This document shows positions 57,475 to 64,000 of a stretch of 64,000 nt of DNA, piece by piece (the first letter of the stretch is position 1; each line of letters starts with the position of its first letter). The stretch is from the human T2T-CHM13v2.0 reference genome, Homo sapiens. The position numbers and the translations under genes are program-made. Below the pieces are notes generated by a model that worked only from the letters and a program-made list of their open reading frames with translations, was not told where the DNA came from and ran no database searches. The stretch lies in assembly GCF_009914755.1 (NCBI RefSeq), contig NC_060947.1. One strand, 5' to 3'.

Positions 57475-58147
57475 CACCCATTAGGCTCAGATATGGAAGC
57501 CTTCTACCTGAAAGTCCTTCTGAAATTTAAAAGCAATATTTATGTTCCCCACCTTTTCCCCACTCTTTTTCTAGGCTTTCCCAAGGTAACACTTCCCGTT
57601 TTTCATGTGGCATAATTGTTGAAGATGAACTCTCTCTCTCTCCCCACCAGTCTCCCAGCTTTGGTTTCCTTGTGCATGCCTCCTTTAAAGCATGGTATTT
57701 ATATATTAACACACTATTCCAGTGCAGTGTAGTGTATGAGTAGGCCTATCACCTCATCTGAACATAGCCTGAGATTACACTGATTGTTTTTGTGGCAGTC
57801 ACACGTGCTGCTTTTAGCCACATCTTTCGCTTTTCCTTTAGCTAATTTACTGATCTAATTCTAAGACATCACATTTATTTCTGCTATATATCACATCAGA
57901 CTTCCAATATGGTGATATCCCTTAATTCTATATCTATCACCCAAAAGATAAGCTTGCCTTACTACTTTCCTCCTCTTTTCTCTAGAGAGAATATTATCAA
58001 TTTTTTAATTGTAGCAAAGAATGAAATATGTACTTACTAAGAGATCAAGAGCACCACCCATATTATTACACATCCAACATTCCCACTACTCCCAATTTGA
58101 AATATACTCCCCCAATCTCTTTTAAGGAATTATTGAATCAGTCAAGT

Positions 58148-58640
58148 TGTGCTAACCCTAACACGGGGGCTGGCTGAGAGGTTTCATGATGACTTAGTGG
58201 CCAATTTAATGCTTACAAATTCAATTTATTGTGAGGTTTTCACACATCAACAATCATGCAAATATATCCAACACTCACAGGCAATAGCTCAGGAGACCAG
58301 CATTTTGACCAACAGGCAGGTTCAGTTTTTTTCCTGGGAGTACCAATCCATGGTGGTGGGGAAAGGGAAGGGTCACTGCTTTTTTCCCAACCAAGGCTCT
58401 GGCGACTGCAGCTGTGGAAAAGGAGCCCTCAAGATTCTCACTGGCAGAGATCCTGGAGACATTCACCACGATCAGTCGCATTGTGGTTTTTATGGCCCTC
58501 TGCAGAAGTGTCCATGGCCATTATCTTCATTTGCCTTTTGGCTTCAGTTTCTTTTCTGATTTCAGGGGCGCCTGGCCACAGTAGGTGTCATCTTATCACC
58601 TAAGTCTACTATGCATATGCTTAACATTCAGAGGGGTCAG
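58148..58640 (-). mobile_element. Possible ancient LTR (unclassified)
   Basis: Block richer in GC than its flanks, with a minus-strand AATAAA about 80 nt from the left edge. Family not recognised. Confidence 0.3.
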
Positions 58641-60620
58641 CAATTTCACCGTAAGCTGAGTCACTTGTCATAAGTGACTCCATTTAGAGACATTTAGGAT
58701 TATAAAACATTATTATATATTAGACATTCAGGGAGATTCTTCAGTCTAATGCTCCTGATTGACTACTCTCAAAGGGTGCCTGGGACATGAACAATTAAAT
58801 AATGACTGAGGAGTCTTGCAATGTGGAACACATATGGTAGAAAATGCTTAGTTGAAACAGGATAAATTTCAAATAAAGGTTTTTCAAGATCTATAGATTA
58901 CCAGTTTGAACGTCTCCTTGGAGAACAAATGGGGTACTATCATAAAAATACTCTTGGCACATAAATGTGAGTACTTCATTAGCAAGCATAAACTATTGTT
59001 TCACTAAGACTACCATGGCAAATAAAATAAGATACAAACAAATTAAGACAATACAAGTTTAAAGAAGACGGTTCTCACCCAGGCATTATATCTATAAAGT
59101 CCTTTCTAGATAGACTCCCAGGCACTATTTTTAAGCTTAGCCATCAGGAAGCTCTTAAAACCTGTCTGGATAATATGTTGAGAAAAGTAAATAAAAGTGC
59201 TTTATAAACACTGCAGAATTGCCATAAAAGAAAGGAAGCCTCAGAGGTTAAACAGAAAGTAAAAGCAGGAATCCCAAGCAGAAGAGGAAGCCAAAGCTAG
59301 ATTTTGCTCTGTGTTTCTCGTCATTGTTGTTGGTGGTGTTTTTGTTTTGTTAATGCTATGGAAGATTTTAGCTTAGGCCACAGTAGCTGTATAAATTCAG
59401 GGACATAAAAGGAAGTATAAGGCCTGCTCGAGATTGAATGTCTAACAAGAGATCTCCCACATAAAACTGGAAACTTAAAGTTTACATCCAGTAAAAGAGT
59501 AAAAGAGAAACCTGTCATATGGAATGGGTTAGAAAGGAAATTGTCTACCTCAAACCTGGTATTAGGTAAGTGAAGACAAAACATCCCCTGAAAGAATTCA
59601 AATCCACCAAGAAACCATCATGGCAGATGAAGTCCAAATTCAGCTAGTTGTATGATACAAAAATCCTCAAGCAAACAATTTAATTGAATAGGCTGCTATA
59701 TTGGCAGTTTTCACAAGTGAATGACAAAGGCAAAGATAAATTCTTGGGGAATAAAGGAAGTCTAACACATAGTTATATTAAAATAATCAGTATACTGTCC
59801 AAAAATCATAAATCGCAGTATAAGGTAGAACTAATAGGAAAAATAAAATAGACTACAGAGTTAAACCTATAATAACTGGATTTATCTAATACTAGAAAAC
59901 AAAAAGAAATACATATAATTCATGTATATAAAGAAATAAAAAGAGAAATTTGAAAATAGGATAGGACGGAGAAAAAGGAGATATTATAGTGTTCAAGCAT
60001 ATTTTTAAAACTGTAAGTAAAACTTCTGAAAATTAAAAATAAAACAATTGAAATAATGAAATGTAAACTTTTGGGTTTAAAAAACATATTAAAAAGTGTA
60101 TATGTATAAACTCATATTAAATGTAGATGATGGGAGAACTACTGACCTAGAATATGTCTTTAAAAATTATCTAGAATTACGTTGTATCACCTCAGAGAGA
60201 AACGAGTTAAAATTATATCAAGTAGGTTTCCTAACTTAATAAAATAAAACAAGAAATAAATAACTACAAAATACTTGGAAAATTTGCAAATATTTTGAAA
60301 TTAAATAACAGGAGTCAGATAGAAAATTCGAAAGGAAATTAGAAAATATTTTGATCTGGATTAAACAAAATGATAATGTATCAAAACTCGTGAGAGGCAG
60401 TTCAAGCAGTATTTTGTACTTGTGCAGTTCAAGCAGTATTAAGTATTTGCCCTTATCTTCTGTTGGGAGAATTATATAGGAGAGCATGGTTTATGTAGAT
60501 GTGGTATTACAGAGACTGGATAAAGGATGTATTATTCAAGTAATGATTCTGGGGAAAATGGATATCCATGTGGAAAAAGTAAAATTATATCTCCTTCCCA
60601 CAACATAAAAAAATCAATGT

Positions 60621-61463
<843 letters not shown>

Positions 61464-62487
61464 TTATAAAAATGGGAAAATATATTTACAACCTTGAGGT
61501 AGGGGAAGAACTTCTTAACTAGAACCCAAATGTCAAGCCATAAAGGAAATGATTGATAAGTTCAACTATGTTAAAACATAAAAGCAGATTTGTTTATCAA
61601 AGACACATGAGAGTTAAAACACAAGCCTAAATCTATGAAAATATTTGCATTATATACAACAGACAAATAATTATTATTCAGAACATTGAAAGAACTCCTA
61701 TATATTAATTTCTGAAAGCCTGTCAACCTATTGGAAAAATGCAGAGAAAAAATGAGTAGATATTCCACAGTAAAAAAAAAAAATTAGCCTATGAAAATAT
61801 GAAACATGATCAACCTTATTAATAACAAATGTAATAAAAATTAATCATGGTAAATTAAAATTTAAAACCACAAGTTTGGTGAAAATCTAAATGTCTGACA
61901 ACATCAAGTTTTGGCAACAACACAAAGCAATGGGAAATTTCATACCTTGCTGATGGAACAGTAAATTTTTATGTAATAAAAGGTTGACACTATTTGGTAA
62001 AGTTAAACATGTGAATGCCTTATGACCCAACAATACTCCTAGGCATTTCTCTCAAGATATACTACCAGAGGACACAAACAAGAAAGTTCATAACAACAAT
62101 GTTCATGACAGCAAAATGTGAATACAATCCAATAGTTCATCAACAGTTGACAGGTTAAAGAAATTTTGTCATACTCATATAATGGAATACAATAGAGCAG
62201 TAAAACATTTTAATGAATCACAGCTACAGCCATCGCTATGCATGAATCTCCAATATATAATTTTGAGCAACAGAAGCATGTCACTGATGGATATATATAG
62301 TATTGCAATATTTATATAAAGTTCAAAGTCAAGTAAATATGAATAATATGTTATTCAGGATTGCACTTATAAGTATTAAAATATTTTTAAAAACCAAGAG
62401 AATCACTAATGTAAATTTGAGGATTGTGGTTGCCTCTGCAGTGTAGCACATGTGATGTGATTAGGAAACAATATAAAGGAACGTTCA

Positions 62488-64000
62488 TTCAAAATGGCTG
62501 ACTAGAGTCATCTCTTGCTTTCCTCCTTTACTGAGAAGAACCAAAATAGTTACTAATCATAACTCAAATATATCATCCAAGAGAGAACACTGGAATTCAA
62601 TAGATTAAAAAAGTGACTGGAAACACCTAAAACAAGGAAAGAGAGGGAAGAGAGGCAGCCTGCTTGGCTGGAATTGGCTGGGAGCCAGGAAAGACTCTTT
62701 AATATAGGGAAAAAGTAAGTGAGACTTCCATAGTGTTCCACATTCTCATCCTGGACTCCTGCAATCCTACTCATGGAAGAACCCCTTGACTCTTGTGGGC
62801 CCTAAAACTAACATAGGGAGCTTCCAGGAGATTATGCAATGGCATGGCTATAGAAAAAGAGGTCACACTGGGTCCCAAATATTTCTCAAGGCTGAAATAG
62901 CTACAGCAAGGTATCATTTTGAAGCCTAAACCCAAGCAGACTGCACGGTCCTGTGGCTCATTGGCACTGGGGCTGAAGCACCAGCAAAGCATAGGCTGCT
63001 ACTGCTTGAGCTGAGGCATGAGCTAGGAGTGGGCTGTACAGATGGAAGAGAGGTGCAAAGAAACAAGTTGTAAGCTGTCACCACTAGGGATGATGAGTGA
63101 TCACCACTGAAGCTGAGGCACAGGTGAGGTGTGCATTCCCCAACAGCTGGATTAGGCTGCCAACACTGAAAGCTGCACTGGCCTATTCAGTGGCAGAGCT
63201 GCAGTATGCCTGCTACCACACCTAATCCAAGCACTCTACCTGGCAGCTGAGGATAGTCCAGCCCATGCCTACAATGGCTGGTGCCCACACACACCACCAG
63301 GGGCCTGAAGAAAAGTCTGCTGGCCCAGCCTCACTCTCTCATGCCATAGCACACAGTCCAGAGGCCTGATGATTGCCCAGACCAGCCTGCCACCATTGGC
63401 ACCTGAGCAATCCCCCCATGGAACTGAGGCTGGACCTACTCACCCACCAACTACCAACACAACTGGCATCTACCTTCATATTACACCTGTGGGCCTGGAG
63501 ACTGGCCCATATAGTCCATTGCAGCCACCACCAATACCATTATGCACAGTTCTAAACTCAGAGGTTCACCTTGACACTGCTGTTGCCATTACCCACACCA
63601 CACTGTCTGCCCAGGGGCCTGAGAACACGCTCACTCACCTGGCCTACTGTTGCCAATACTGGCATGCAATCAAGCCACCTGGAGGCCCAAGAATCTGCCT
63701 GCCTGGACCAATTGAACTTACTGCCAGCATATGACTCCCTGGGGCCCAAGAATAGGCATGCTCAGCCCACTGTAGTCACCACTGCAACCTGAAGACTGAC
63801 CCACCTGGTATCCTAGTCTCCAGAAAGACTTCACCTCAGCCTCCACTAATAACTGCACCCTAAGTCACCAAGGAAATTACAGATGCTACTGACACTGTTT
63901 AGTCAAATGAATCATACAAATACTGCACTACTGCATGAACCCAGAATCAAACCCAAAGTGCCCTACCCAGCCGACACCATAGATACATCTTGAGAAAAAA
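62488..64000 (+). mobile_element. L1M1/M2-type 5'UTR, continues past the window end
   Basis: ttcaaaatggctgactagag...gaagaaccaaaatag...gagagaacactggaattcaa, then a C-rich repeated 5'UTR. Confidence 0.8.

Noticed and set aside
58149-58603. Two overlapping ORFs of 136 and 115 aa
   Set aside because: No recognisable domain or splice context. They fall in a probable old LTR.

Overview
This is AT-rich, repeat-dense primate genomic DNA (AluJ/S/Y, L1PA, THE1; probably human or another catarrhine) from an intron or intergenic region. I found no intact protein-coding gene, RNA gene, CpG island or CRISPR array. The recognisable ORFs in the track are broken L1 ORF2, ERVL or Alu pieces, and the rest look like chance ORFs. 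The main contents are a full-length old L1PA with a perfect 15-bp TSD (927-7667), an antisense 3'-truncated L1PB, several L1M fossils, nine Alus all on the + strand, a near-complete MLT2/ERVL provirus (40572-46473), and a second decayed minus-strand ERVL provirus (about 13700-18960) recognised from hand-translated integrase and connection motifs. Solo LTRs, MIR, L2 and MER5 remnants fill the rest. The most notable observations are template-switch or repair scars (a 160-bp inverted duplication inside an L1, an in-register L1PA/L1MA chimera, a captured foreign insert, an AT palindrome patchwork) and a speculative set of minus-strand exon candidates. I see no convincing novel biological system. 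Subfamily names come from remembered consensus sequences and need RepeatMasker/Dfam confirmation.
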